From an uncultured Muribaculaceae bacterium (GTDB lineage: Bacteria > Bacillota_I > Bacilli_A > RF39 > UBA660), in NCBI GenBank assembly GCA_964609995.1, contig CAZSTI010000002.1, forward strand, positions 1 to 54,676: a stretch of 54,676 bases of DNA, written 5' to 3'. Both the position numbers and the translations under genes were made by a program. Position 1 is the first letter of the stretch. Every line of letters begins with the position of its first letter. The notes beneath the pieces were generated by a model. The model was given only the letters and a program-made list of their open reading frames with translations. It had not been told where the DNA came from and ran no database searches. Of the stretch, positions 23,603 through 32,669 are shown in pieces.

Positions 23603-23630
23603 ATTATATCATTTATACAATGATTGTCAA
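23603..23630 (-). promoter_or_regulatory. near-consensus promoter driving the metG T-box leader
   Basis: Minus strand TTGACA (23625-23630), 16 nt, TATAAT (23603-23608). Confidence 0.65.
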
Positions 23631-23691
23631 TTAAAAATCACTATAAGGAACCTCTATTATTTACTTAATAACGTCATTTTATATAAATTAT

Positions 23692-26600
23692 TTATTTGTC
23701 AAGTAATATTATTGCTTCTAAAGCATAATACAACCAATGTTTTTCTAGTTTATTTAAATCAATTGTTATTTTTAATCTTTTATATTCATAAGAAAATTTA
23801 AACATTTTTCCAATAATTAGTATTCTTTTGTAATACTCATTAATATTTATAGACTCTGTTTTATCTTTAGATATAAATATCTCTATTGAATATTTATTTT
23901 GATTAATTTTTTCTATTCCTTTTTCTCTCGCTAATTTTTCAAACCATTCTTGATACATATACAATAATATTTTTTCATTTATTTTTCCGAATCTATCTTC
24001 TATTTCTTCTTTAACTTCCAATAATCTTTCGTAACTATCTATTTCGTTAATCCTTTTATGAATTTCAATTTTTAAAGATTCATCTTTTACATATTTATCA
24101 TCAATATGAGTATCAATATTTATTAATGATGTGTCAATGCTTTCTTTTTCTTCTTTATATTTGCCTTTTATTCTTTCTACTTCGTCATTAACCATTTTTG
24201 TATATAATTCAATTCCAACAGAATCAATAAATCCGGATTGTTCGCTTCCCAATATATCACCAGAGCCTCTAATCGATAAATCTCTAATTGCTATTGATAA
24301 TCCACTCCCAAGTTCAGTAAATTCTTTTATTGTTTTTAAACGTTTTGCTGCAATTTCACCAAGATTTTTTCTTTTATCATACATTAAATAAGCATATGCA
24401 ATTTTATTTGTTCTTCCAACTCTTCCTCTTATTTGATATAGTTGACTTAATCCAAATTTATCGGCATCAATTATAATTAATGTATTTACATTAGGAATAT
24501 CAATTCCTGTTTCAATAATAGTAGTACATATTAAAACATCATATTTTTGATCTACAAAATCAATCATTATTTTTTCAATTTCATTTTTATTCATTTTACC
24601 ATGCGCATATATTATTCTTGAATCCTTAACTAAATTTTGAATTTCTTGAACTTTTCTTTCTATTTTTTCAATGTTATTAAACAATATATATACTTGCCCT
24701 TTTCTTACTATTTCCTTGTAAATAGCTTCTTTTATTATATGATTATTTTCTTCTAATACATATGTTTGAACAGGATATCTATTAACAGGAGGTGTCTCAA
24801 TTAATGATAAGTCTCTTAAGCCTATTAAAGCCATTTGCATTGTTCTTGGTATTGGAGTTGCAGATAATGTTAATACATCAATATTTGTTTTATATTCTTT
24901 AATTTTTTCCTTATGAGTTACACCAAACCTTTGTTCTTCATCTATTATTAATAATCCTAAAGATTTAAATATTACATCCTTACTAAGCAATCTATGTGTA
25001 CCAAAAACAATATCTATTGTTCCTTTTTTTAATCCATTAATTATTTTCATTGTTTCTTTTTTTGAAGTAAATCTATTTAGTAGCGCAATTGAAAAAGGAT
25101 AATTATTAAACCTTGATATTGAATTATTATATTGTTGATTTGATAACAATGTGGTTGGGCATAAATACGCTACTTGTTTTCCGCTGCTTACTGCTTTAAA
25201 TATAGCTCTAAATGCAACTTCGGTTTTTCCATAACCCACATCTCCACATAAAATTCTGTCCATTGGACTACTAGATTCCATATCTTTTTTTATTTGCATT
25301 GTAGATACTAATTGATCTTTGGTTTCATCATAAATAAATTCTTTTTCAAATTCTATTTGATCTTCATCATCTTTTTTAAATGCAAATCCTTCTATAGATT
25401 TTCTTTCTGCAGAAAGTTTAATTAATTTTTCCGCAATATCTTTAATTTTATTTTTAACTTTATATTTTGTATTTATCCATTCGCTTCCACCCAAACTATT
25501 AATTTTTGGTTTTAGTCCCTCGTTTAACGAGTATTTTGTTATTAAATCAATTTTTTCAACGGGAATATACAAATTCTCATTATTTTTATAATTTATTAAC
25601 AAATAATCTTTAATAGCACCATTCTTATTTAATGCAATAATACCAGAATATATTCCTATTCCATGAGCTTCATGAACAACATAATCACCAATATTTAATT
25701 TAGACATATCTTTAATTTTGGTACCAAACCTAAATTTGCTATTATATGATATTTTATTATCCACTTTTTTATAAATGTTAGATTCCGCTATTACAATAAA
25801 TTCTTCAAAAATAAATCCTTGATTTATTTTTTTTTCAATTAAATTAATAGAATTATAAATTATTTCTGTTTCTTTTGTATATATTGTATTAATATCAATA
25901 ATTTCCTTAAACAATTCAATTTTCTTTTTTGAATCAAAGGCAATAATTACAGTTTTGTTATTATTAATATATTTATGTAATTCTTTTCTTAATAACTCAA
26001 AATTTTCACTATAATTTATAACTTCTTTTATATCAAAATACACCTTGTTATTTGTTGAAGATATATTATCTAATGTGTTCAAATAAATAGTAAAAGACGC
26101 TTTAATATGATTTAAAGAATGAAAATAACTTGAATTTATATCTGTTTCAATATTATTTTCATGCTCAATTATTTGTACTTTTAATCTCTCATATGCTTTT
26201 TCTATACTTTTATAATCTTTATATACAATTAACTCACTGTCTAAATACTCCAATATAGATGATACTTTTTCATAATTTGCAAGGTATTTTTGTTTTTTTA
26301 TAAGATCTTTCTTGTTAGATATAAATTCACTTATTGGGTAAATCACTATATTATCGATATTATTTAGAGAAAGTTGGTTTTCTATGTCAAATGTTCTAAT
26401 AGATTCTATCATATTGTCCCAAAATTCAATTCTTACAGGTTTTTCAGATAAAGAAGGAAAAACATCTAAAATAAATCCTCTATTTGCAATATCGCCTGTT
26501 TTATTTACTAATGGTGTCATATTATATCCTATGGTATAAAGTTTGTTTATTAGTATTTCTTTTTCAATAGTATCCCCTATTTTTATGTTAATTGTACTTG

Positions 26601-26961
26601 AAATCCAAGAACTTTTTTCCGGTAAATAACGAATTAAACCCATATAATCGGTGACTACTATATGTTTTTCTTTTGAAAAGACAATCTCATTAATTGTCTC
26701 TATTCTTGTCATTTCTAATTCTGGACTTGATGCTAAAAACTCCTCAGAAACAAAATCATCTGTTGGAAAGAATAATACATTATTATTATAATTAATTAAT
26801 GAATTGAACAAATTATTAGCTTCATATAAAGTGTTTGTCACAACTAATATGTTTTTTTCTCTTAAAGAATTAACTAATATACAAGAAAATTCGTCGTTTG
26901 AGCAAAATACAGTGGTCTCTTTTTCTAAATTGATTTTTATTTTTTCGTCTAAAAAAATCAT
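23692..26961 (-). CDS. mfd: transcription-repair coupling factor
   Basis: 1089 aa; CarD-like domain DYVVHEAHGIG, helicase motifs GDVGYGKTEVA, DEEQRFG and RGRVGR. Confidence 0.96.
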   Translation of the reverse strand: MIFLDEKIKINLEKETTVFCSNDEFSCILVNSLREKNILVVTNTLYEANNLFNSLINYNNNVLFFPTDDFVSEEFLASSPELEMTRIETINEIVFSKEKHIVVTDYMGLIRYLPEKSSWISSTINIKIGDTIEKEILINKLYTIGYNMTPLVNKTGDIANRGFILDVFPSLSEKPVRIEFWDNMIESIRTFDIENQLSLNNIDNIVIYPISEFISNKKDLIKKQKYLANYEKVSSILEYLDSELIVYKDYKSIEKAYERLKVQIIEHENNIETDINSSYFHSLNHIKASFTIYLNTLDNISSTNNKVYFDIKEVINYSENFELLRKELHKYINNNKTVIIAFDSKKKIELFKEIIDINTIYTKETEIIYNSINLIEKKINQGFIFEEFIVIAESNIYKKVDNKISYNSKFRFGTKIKDMSKLNIGDYVVHEAHGIGIYSGIIALNKNGAIKDYLLINYKNNENLYIPVEKIDLITKYSLNEGLKPKINSLGGSEWINTKYKVKNKIKDIAEKLIKLSAERKSIEGFAFKKDDEDQIEFEKEFIYDETKDQLVSTMQIKKDMESSSPMDRILCGDVGYGKTEVAFRAIFKAVSSGKQVAYLCPTTLLSNQQYNNSISRFNNYPFSIALLNRFTSKKETMKIINGLKKGTIDIVFGTHRLLSKDVIFKSLGLLIIDEEQRFGVTHKEKIKEYKTNIDVLTLSATPIPRTMQMALIGLRDLSLIETPPVNRYPVQTYVLEENNHIIKEAIYKEIVRKGQVYILFNNIEKIERKVQEIQNLVKDSRIIYAHGKMNKNEIEKIMIDFVDQKYDVLICTTIIETGIDIPNVNTLIIIDADKFGLSQLYQIRGRVGRTNKIAYAYLMYDKRKNLGEIAAKRLKTIKEFTELGSGLSIAIRDLSIRGSGDILGSEQSGFIDSVGIELYTKMVNDEVERIKGKYKEEKESIDTSLINIDTHIDDKYVKDESLKIEIHKRINEIDSYERLLEVKEEIEDRFGKINEKILLYMYQEWFEKLAREKGIEKINQNKYSIEIFISKDKTESININEYYKRILIIGKMFKFSYEYKRLKITIDLNKLEKHWLYYALEAIILLDK

Positions 26962-26976
26962 TTTTCCTCCAGGTAA

Positions 26977-27540
26977 TTACATATTATTGTTATATTTGCT
27001 CATCAAAACATTAAAATCTAGATATAAATAATCTAATATTATATTGTTTATTGTGTTTTCTAGATCTTCAAAGATTGTTTTTTCTTGATCACTAAACTTT
27101 CCCAATACATAATCTTTAGAGTCAATTAATTTGTTTTTTGAAATACCAATTTTTAATCTTTTATAATTTTGAGTATTTATACATGACTCAATATTTTTTA
27201 ATCCATTATGACCCGCGCTACTTCCTGAAGATTTCAATTTAATTTTTCCAATTTCAATATCCATATCATCATGAATTACCAAAATATCATCTACTTCTAT
27301 TTTAAAATAATCACAATATTTTTTTATTACTTCTCCTGATAAATTTATATATTTTAATGGTTTTAGTACCAAAACCTTTGTGTTTTTTATTGAAACTATA
27401 GAATAGTATCCACAAAATTTTCTGCTTTTTAATTCTATTTTATTTTTTTTGCAAAAAATATCTAAATAATGAAAACCAATATTATGTCTGGTATTTTTAT
27501 ATATTAAACCAGGATTTCCCAAACCAACAATCATTTTCAT
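26977..27540 (-). CDS. pth: peptidyl-tRNA hydrolase
   Basis: MKMIVGLGNPG...TRHNIGF...GHNGLK motifs. Confidence 0.96.
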   Translation of the reverse strand: MKMIVGLGNPGLIYKNTRHNIGFHYLDIFCKKNKIELKSRKFCGYYSIVSIKNTKVLVLKPLKYINLSGEVIKKYCDYFKIEVDDILVIHDDMDIEIGKIKLKSSGSSAGHNGLKNIESCINTQNYKRLKIGISKNKLIDSKDYVLGKFSDQEKTIFEDLENTINNIILDYLYLDFNVLMSKYNNNM

Positions 27541-27553
27541 ATGTATTTCCCCC

Positions 27554-28339
27554 TTATTTATCTATATGTATCGTTTCGATTTCATCGTTTTCATTTAATG
27601 TTTTATAGGTTCTGCTTAGAATATCAACTGAAATTACCCTATTTTGACCAGTAGGAGTTTTGATTTTTTCTCCTATATTTGGCAATCCTTTTCTAAATTC
27701 TTCATACAAATCATTTTCATATCCTAAACAACATAACAATCTACCACAAGAACCATTTATCTTATTTGGAGTCAAAGACATGTTCTGGTTTTTTGCCATA
27801 TTAATGGACAAAGAATCAAACGATTTCAAGAATGTGGAACAGCATAAACATCTTCCACATACACCAATACCACCTATTTCCTTAGCTTTATCTCTAACAC
27901 CAACTTGTCTAAGTTCTATTCTTGTTCTATATATGTTAGCTAATTCTTTCGCTAGTTTTCTAAAATCTACCCTTTCATCAGATAAAAAATGGAATAGTAA
28001 TTGAGATCTATCAAATGTATAACTTGCGCTAATTATTGACATATTCATATTATAATCTTTAATTATTTCTTCACACTTCTTTTTTGCTAATACTGCATCT
28101 TTTTTATTTCTTTCAGCTTTGTCGATATCGTCATGATTAGCTAATCTTACTACTTTTTTCAAAATCGAATTAATTTTCTCACTACTAATTTTTGATATTT
28201 CAGTTACCGCATTTCCTATTTGATTACCTTTTTCTGTCTCAACAATAACAATATCGCCTTTTTTTATAATCAAATTGTTTGGATAAAAATAATATATTTT
28301 ACTATTTTCTTCAAAAGATATCCCTATAACATCCATCAT
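27554..28339 (-). CDS. ricT: PSP1-domain protein RicT/YaaT
   Basis: 261 aa; PSP1 C-terminal core with Cys cluster GVCGRCLCCSTFL...CGRLLCC; ATG overlaps the holB TGA (ATGA). Confidence 0.88.
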   Translation of the reverse strand: MMDVIGISFEENSKIYYFYPNNLIIKKGDIVIVETEKGNQIGNAVTEISKISSEKINSILKKVVRLANHDDIDKAERNKKDAVLAKKKCEEIIKDYNMNMSIISASYTFDRSQLLFHFLSDERVDFRKLAKELANIYRTRIELRQVGVRDKAKEIGGIGVCGRCLCCSTFLKSFDSLSINMAKNQNMSLTPNKINGSCGRLLCCLGYENDLYEEFRKGLPNIGEKIKTPTGQNRVISVDILSRTYKTLNENDEIETIHIDK

Positions 28340-29259
28340 ATTTTTTCTCCTTCAAATTCTAATATTAAAGAATCAAATAATAGATTAACATTAATATTAT
28401 ATTTTATCAAATCTTTTTTTTGCATTAGTATTTTAATTTTATAAATAATGTTAGTTTGATTATTATTTGATGCTATTTTTATAATTAAATCTTCATAATT
28501 ATAAAAATATTCAATATTTTTTTTCATAATATAGTTCAATACATCTTTATAAAATAAAATCATTAATTTAAAAGAAGCATCAATTTCTTCCTTTTTATTA
28601 TAAGTTTTATAAAACAAATCTTTAGAAAAACAAATTACTTTAATATTGTTTTCTTCATAGTTTTTTATAAATTTGATAATATTGTCAATAAGTTTATCGA
28701 TTTCATCCTTCTCTAATGAAAAATTTATAAATTTATTATCAGAAATCATATTATTAACACTGTTAATATTATTATCATGATTTGATAAAATTATTTTTTG
28801 ACAACGTGATAAAACAGTATTGTGAACTGAATTTGGATTGTTAGTTGTTAAAATTGCAACAATGTCGTCTTCCGGTTCTTCTAAAAATTTTAATATACTA
28901 TTTGCTGAATAATTATTTAATTTATCGATTTCATTAATTATATATATTTTTTTTGATCCATTTAAAGCTTTTGATTTAAAATCACTTTTTAATTCAATTA
29001 TTTGTTCTTTTTTAATCCATAAACCTTCTGGTGTTATTATTCTAACCTCGGTATTAGTCCTATCTTTTATTGATTTAATTATTTTTTCTATATTTTCATC
29101 ATTTATAAAGTTATTTAATATTAATGCAGCAAAACAATATACTATATCATCAAAATTATGTTCTCCATTATTAATAAATAAATATGCATGAGAAAGATTA
29201 TTAAAATATCCCTTAAATCTTTCATATGAATCTAGTATATTTTTATTCATAACAATCAT
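28336..29259 (-). CDS. holB: DNA polymerase III subunit delta'
   Basis: 307 aa; SHAYLF motif, LKFLEEP box, TxxxxxxLxTxxSRCQ; divergent; holB-yaaT order as in Bacillus. Confidence 0.75.
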   Translation of the reverse strand: MIVMNKNILDSYERFKGYFNNLSHAYLFINNGEHNFDDIVYCFAALILNNFINDENIEKIIKSIKDRTNTEVRIITPEGLWIKKEQIIELKSDFKSKALNGSKKIYIINEIDKLNNYSANSILKFLEEPEDDIVAILTTNNPNSVHNTVLSRCQKIILSNHDNNINSVNNMISDNKFINFSLEKDEIDKLIDNIIKFIKNYEENNIKVICFSKDLFYKTYNKKEEIDASFKLMILFYKDVLNYIMKKNIEYFYNYEDLIIKIASNNNQTNIIYKIKILMQKKDLIKYNINVNLLFDSLILEFEGEKI

Positions 29260-29261
29260 CT

Positions 29262-29864
29262 CTATTCTGAAATTTTCTTTCTATCATTCATTGCCATCTC
29301 TAAAGTCAATGAATCTAAATATTCCATATCTGAGCCAAGAGGGACACCGTGTGCAATTTTTGATACTATAACATTTGTATCTTTTAATAGCTTTAATATA
29401 TAAAGAGATGTGGTTTCTCCCTCAATGGTTGGTTTTACAGCAATTATAACCTCTTTTATTTTTTCGTTATTTACTCTTTTTATTAAAGAATCAATATTAA
29501 TATCCTCTGGATTTATTCCGCTTAATGGTGAAATTAAACCACCTAATACATGATATTTTCCATTATAATTACCTGTTTTTTCAAATAAATACAAATTTTT
29601 TGTGTCTTCTACAACGCAAATAATTGAATTATCTCTAGATTCATTATTACAGATAGTGCACTTATCTTCTTCAGATAAGTTATTACATACGCTACATTTT
29701 TTAAGTTTTGTTTTTATTTCTTTTATTGATTTAGAAAAACTATTAATTGTATCATCATCAAAAGTTAATACACTAAAAGCTAATCTTTCAGCGGTTTTTT
29801 CTCCAATTCCTGGCATTTTTTTAAAATTATCGATTAAATTATTTAAACTATCGGGATAATTCAT
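29262..29864 (-). CDS. recR: recombination protein RecR
   Basis: HhH LPGIGEKTAERLAF-like, C4 zinc finger CSVCNN...CTICN, Toprim region. I chose the ATG at 29864, 1 nt after the ybaB stop. Confidence 0.94.
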   Translation of the reverse strand: MNYPDSLNNLIDNFKKMPGIGEKTAERLAFSVLTFDDDTINSFSKSIKEIKTKLKKCSVCNNLSEEDKCTICNNESRDNSIICVVEDTKNLYLFEKTGNYNGKYHVLGGLISPLSGINPEDINIDSLIKRVNNEKIKEVIIAVKPTIEGETTSLYILKLLKDTNVIVSKIAHGVPLGSDMEYLDSLTLEMAMNDRKKISE

Positions 29865-29865
29865 A

Positions 29866-30159
29866 TTAAAAACCCAATGAACCAATTCCGTATTTACCCA
29901 GTTTTGATTCTATTTCTTTATCAATATTTTTGTATAATTCATTTAAAGCTAACATTATTATATCACCTAAAACTTCAATATCATCAGCTTTTAAATCAGT
30001 GTCACTAATTTCGATTTTCAATATTTCTTTTTTTCCATTAACTTTTACAGTTACAAATGATTTCGTTAATTCAAACTCCTTTTCATCTATTTCGCTTTTT
30101 GCTTTTGCAATTTCCTTTTGAATTTTTTGTGCTTGTTGCATCATTGCTTGCATATTCAT
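29866..30159 (-). CDS. ybaB: YbaB/EbfC family nucleoid-associated protein
   Basis: 97 aa; MNMQAMMQQAQKIQ... N-terminus is typical; dnaX-ybaB-recR order. Confidence 0.92.
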   Translation of the reverse strand: MNMQAMMQQAQKIQKEIAKAKSEIDEKEFELTKSFVTVKVNGKKEILKIEISDTDLKADDIEVLGDIIMLALNELYKNIDKEIESKLGKYGIGSLGF

Positions 30160-30161
30160 AA

Positions 30162-31811
30162 TTATTCCTCCACTTCTATTATTTCCGAACCAAACTCATA
30201 AATTGTTTTATTAAAATCGTTTATTTCTTCAACAACGCAAGATATTGTATCTTCGTTTATTTCATCCATTAATTCAATTTTTTCATTCTTTTTCTTTAAT
30301 TCAATAAATTTTGGTCTTATTTCTTTCCATTTATCTTCAGTAATAGCAACAACTTTATATTTTCTTTTAGTTAGCTCATTTAAAATTTTTTCTATTTTTT
30401 TAATGTTTTTATCGTTTTCAAGTACCAAACTATCATATTTATATGTCAATAACAAATGATCTATACTTGCAGCATTTATATTACAATCCATCAATAACGA
30501 TGCTATGTTTTTCGTTTTTGAATCAAGTAAGTATTTATCTATATTAGAAAATAATTGTTTAATTTCAATTTTATATTCTTTACATGCCATAGCAATTGTA
30601 TTATTTACCAAAGCTTCCTTAAAGGCAAAATTGTTATCTTCCAAATTAGAATTTGATAAACTATTATTTTTGTCCACATAATTTTCTTTAGTGGAAGAAT
30701 CTTCATTGTCCTCTTTCTCTGGAATAGACTCATCCAAATTAACAGCTTCTAATAAAAACAGTTCAAATAATAGACTAGAATTTGAGCTATTATTCATATT
30801 ATCTAACAATAAGTTTAAATTAATAATTAAATTATGTAATCTTTCTCTTGTCGATATTTTTTCTATTTTTTCTATTTCTTCTTTATAATAAATATTTTTT
30901 TTAATAAAATATTTTTTTGCATTTTTAGAAATTAATACGTTTGTTAATACATCTAATGTAGTTTCTGCTATTTTTTGAAAATTTGCTCCTCTATCATATA
31001 GATTGTCATATAATTCAATTAATTTATTGATATCATTATTCATTATATTTGTAATTATATTAAATATTATTTGAATGTTTACATTTCCTGTTAACTCATA
31101 TAGTTTATCAAGGCTTATTTCGCCTTCAGAAAATGAGTTTACTTGATCTAATAACCCAATGGCATCTCTTAAAGAACCATCAGATAATATAGAAATTTCA
31201 TTAATACAACTCTCATCAATATTAATTTTTTCTTTTGTTGAAATATATTTTAATCTTTTTTGCAAATCGTTAATTGATATTTTCTTAAAATCAAATCTTT
31301 GACATCTTGAAATAATTGTAATAGGAATTTTTTGTGGTTCAGTTGTCGCTAAAATAAATATAGCATGCGATGGTGGTTCTTCAAGAGTTTTCAATAAAGC
31401 ATTGAAAGCTCCGATTGATAACATATGAACTTCATCAATGATATACACTTTATATTTGCTAATAACCGGAACAAAAGAAGCTTTGTTTTTGATTTCTCTA
31501 ATTTCATCCACTCCATTGTTAGATGCCGCGTCAATTTCGATAATGTCGGGATTTTCATCCGTATTTATTATTTTACATATTTTACAACTTCCGCAGGGAA
31601 GCCCATCTTTAAGATCCTCACAATTAACAATTTTAGCAAACATCTTAGCTACGCTCGTTTTCCCAGTTCCTCTTGTACCAGTAAATAAATAGGCGTGACC
31701 TATTTTATTGTTTTTTAAAGAATTTTTCAAGGTTTTAACAATTGCATCTTGACCAATTAAATCATCAAAGTCAAGAGGTCTATATTTTCTATATAAGGCT
31801 TTATATTGCAT
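30162..31811 (-). CDS. dnaX: DNA polymerase III subunit gamma/tau
   Basis: LYRKYRP, GHAYLFTGTRGTGKTS, zinc module CGSCKIC, DEVHML, SRCQRF. Confidence 0.95.
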   Translation of the reverse strand: MQYKALYRKYRPLDFDDLIGQDAIVKTLKNSLKNNKIGHAYLFTGTRGTGKTSVAKMFAKIVNCEDLKDGLPCGSCKICKIINTDENPDIIEIDAASNNGVDEIREIKNKASFVPVISKYKVYIIDEVHMLSIGAFNALLKTLEEPPSHAIFILATTEPQKIPITIISRCQRFDFKKISINDLQKRLKYISTKEKINIDESCINEISILSDGSLRDAIGLLDQVNSFSEGEISLDKLYELTGNVNIQIIFNIITNIMNNDINKLIELYDNLYDRGANFQKIAETTLDVLTNVLISKNAKKYFIKKNIYYKEEIEKIEKISTRERLHNLIINLNLLLDNMNNSSNSSLLFELFLLEAVNLDESIPEKEDNEDSSTKENYVDKNNSLSNSNLEDNNFAFKEALVNNTIAMACKEYKIEIKQLFSNIDKYLLDSKTKNIASLLMDCNINAASIDHLLLTYKYDSLVLENDKNIKKIEKILNELTKRKYKVVAITEDKWKEIRPKFIELKKKNEKIELMDEINEDTISCVVEEINDFNKTIYEFGSEIIEVEE

Positions 31812-31878
31812 AAATTGTCCTCCTTAAATGATAAAATAATTATAACATGTAATTAATACCTTTTCATATTAAAAGTAG

Positions 31879-32307
31879 TTATTTTCTTATTTCTTTAAAA
31901 AAATTATTTATTAGAGACTGAGATTCTTTTTCACAAAGGCCATAAATTATATTTGGCTTAGATACGTTGACTTTATCAACAAATTCCCACTTTTGATTAT
32001 TTTTTATCGAACAATATATTTTACTTATTCTACACTCTCTAATTACACTCATACACATATCACACGGTTCAAGAGTTACAAATAGTAAACATTCATTTAA
32101 TCTCCAATCCCCAATTTTTTTACATGCTTTTTTAATTGCAATTATTTCCGCATGATCCAAAGGAATATTTGATTTTTCTTTTTTGTTATATCCTCTTGCA
32201 ACAATCTTATCTTTATATACTATAACAGCACCAACTGGAATTTCATTATATTTGTAAGCTTTAATTGCTTCTTTTATGGCCTCTTTCATATATTTTTCTT
32301 CCCACAT
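31879..32307 (-). CDS. tadA: tRNA-specific adenosine deaminase
   Basis: 142 aa; HAE...(25)...PCDMC deaminase zinc motifs. Confidence 0.9.
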   Translation of the reverse strand: MWEEKYMKEAIKEAIKAYKYNEIPVGAVIVYKDKIVARGYNKKEKSNIPLDHAEIIAIKKACKKIGDWRLNECLLFVTLEPCDMCMSVIRECRISKIYCSIKNNQKWEFVDKVNVSKPNIIYGLCEKESQSLINNFFKEIRK

Positions 32308-32319
32308 AACACTCCTCTA

Positions 32320-32335
32320 TGTTCCACGTGGAACA
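32320..32335. promoter_or_regulatory. parS-type ParB binding site, copy 1 (perfect 16-bp palindrome)
   Basis: TGTTCCACGTGGAACA; one position from the B. subtilis consensus TGTTCCACGTGAAACA; lies between the ffs U-tract and the tadA SD. Confidence 0.8.
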
Positions 32336-32337
32336 TT

Positions 32338-32420
32338 AAAAAATGACGTACACAAATTCTCTTAATGGGGCTGCTATCTTTCGATCCTGACCAATTAAAT
32401 TAAGGAACTTGTTACGTCAA
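32338..32420 (-). ncRNA. ffs: signal recognition particle RNA, minimal (about 80 nt, no Alu domain)
   Basis: Minus strand is one long hairpin, UGACGUA...UACGUCA, followed by U6. Apical domain IV GGUCAGGAUC-GAAA-GAUAGCAGCC matches the conserved GGUCAGGUCC-GGAA-GGAAGCAGCC of 4.5S RNA. Confidence 0.85.
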
Positions 32421-32424
32421 AATA

Positions 32425-32453
32425 AGTATAATATAATATGCATATATAATCAA
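32425..32453 (-). promoter_or_regulatory. promoter for ffs
   Basis: Minus strand TTGATT (32448-32453), 17 nt, TATACT (32425-32430), 5 nt before the first hairpin base. Confidence 0.55.
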
Positions 32454-32500
32454 ATAATTTTATTATATATATTTAACAAACATAAGCCATTAATACTTTA

Positions 32501-32516
32501 TGTTTCACGTGGAACA
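32501..32516. promoter_or_regulatory. parS-type ParB binding site, copy 2 (exact B. subtilis consensus)
   Basis: TGTTTCACGTGGAACA; the reverse complement is TGTTCCACGTGAAACA. Confidence 0.85.
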
Positions 32517-32584
32517 TAAAACAAAATAATGTATAATTAACCGTTTTTCCAAATACAAAACAAAATATGAATTTGATGTAAATA

Positions 32585-32600
32585 CGTTTCACGTGGAACA
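32585..32600. promoter_or_regulatory. parS-type ParB binding site, copy 3 (one outer mismatch)
   Basis: CGTTTCACGTGGAACA; the inner 15 of 16 positions are identical to copy 2. Confidence 0.75.
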
Positions 32601-32608
32601 TTAAAAAT

Positions 32609-32622
32609 ATTTCCCGGGAAAT
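32609..32622. promoter_or_regulatory. Noc-binding site (NBS), copy 1
   Basis: ATTTCCCGGGAAAT is an exact match to the 14-bp NBS palindrome described for B. subtilis Noc; the palindrome extends to ATATTTCCCGGGAAATAT. Confidence 0.8.
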
Positions 32623-32631
32623 ATTTTAATT

Positions 32632-32645
32632 ATTTCCCGGGAAAT
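32632..32645. promoter_or_regulatory. Noc-binding site (NBS), copy 2
   Basis: ATTTCCCGGGAAAT exact; 23 bp centre-to-centre from copy 1; 25 bp downstream of the gyrA stop. Confidence 0.8.
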
Positions 32646-32669
32646 ATAAAGCAGGAAAAATAATTGGTT

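Noticed and set aside
23586-23801. 71-aa plus-strand ORF between metG and mfd
   Set aside because: It overlaps the mfd 3' end and the T-box promoter region, has low complexity, and has no SD.
32320-32645. The five GC-rich palindromes interpreted as ordinary intrinsic terminators or REP/MITE-like repeats
   Set aside because: They match the 16-bp parS and 14-bp NBS consensus sequences exactly or within one base, which is far beyond what a generic hairpin would give. Copies 1 and 2 lack a downstream T-run in the direction of transcription. A secondary role as RNA hairpins (for example after gyrA) cannot be excluded.
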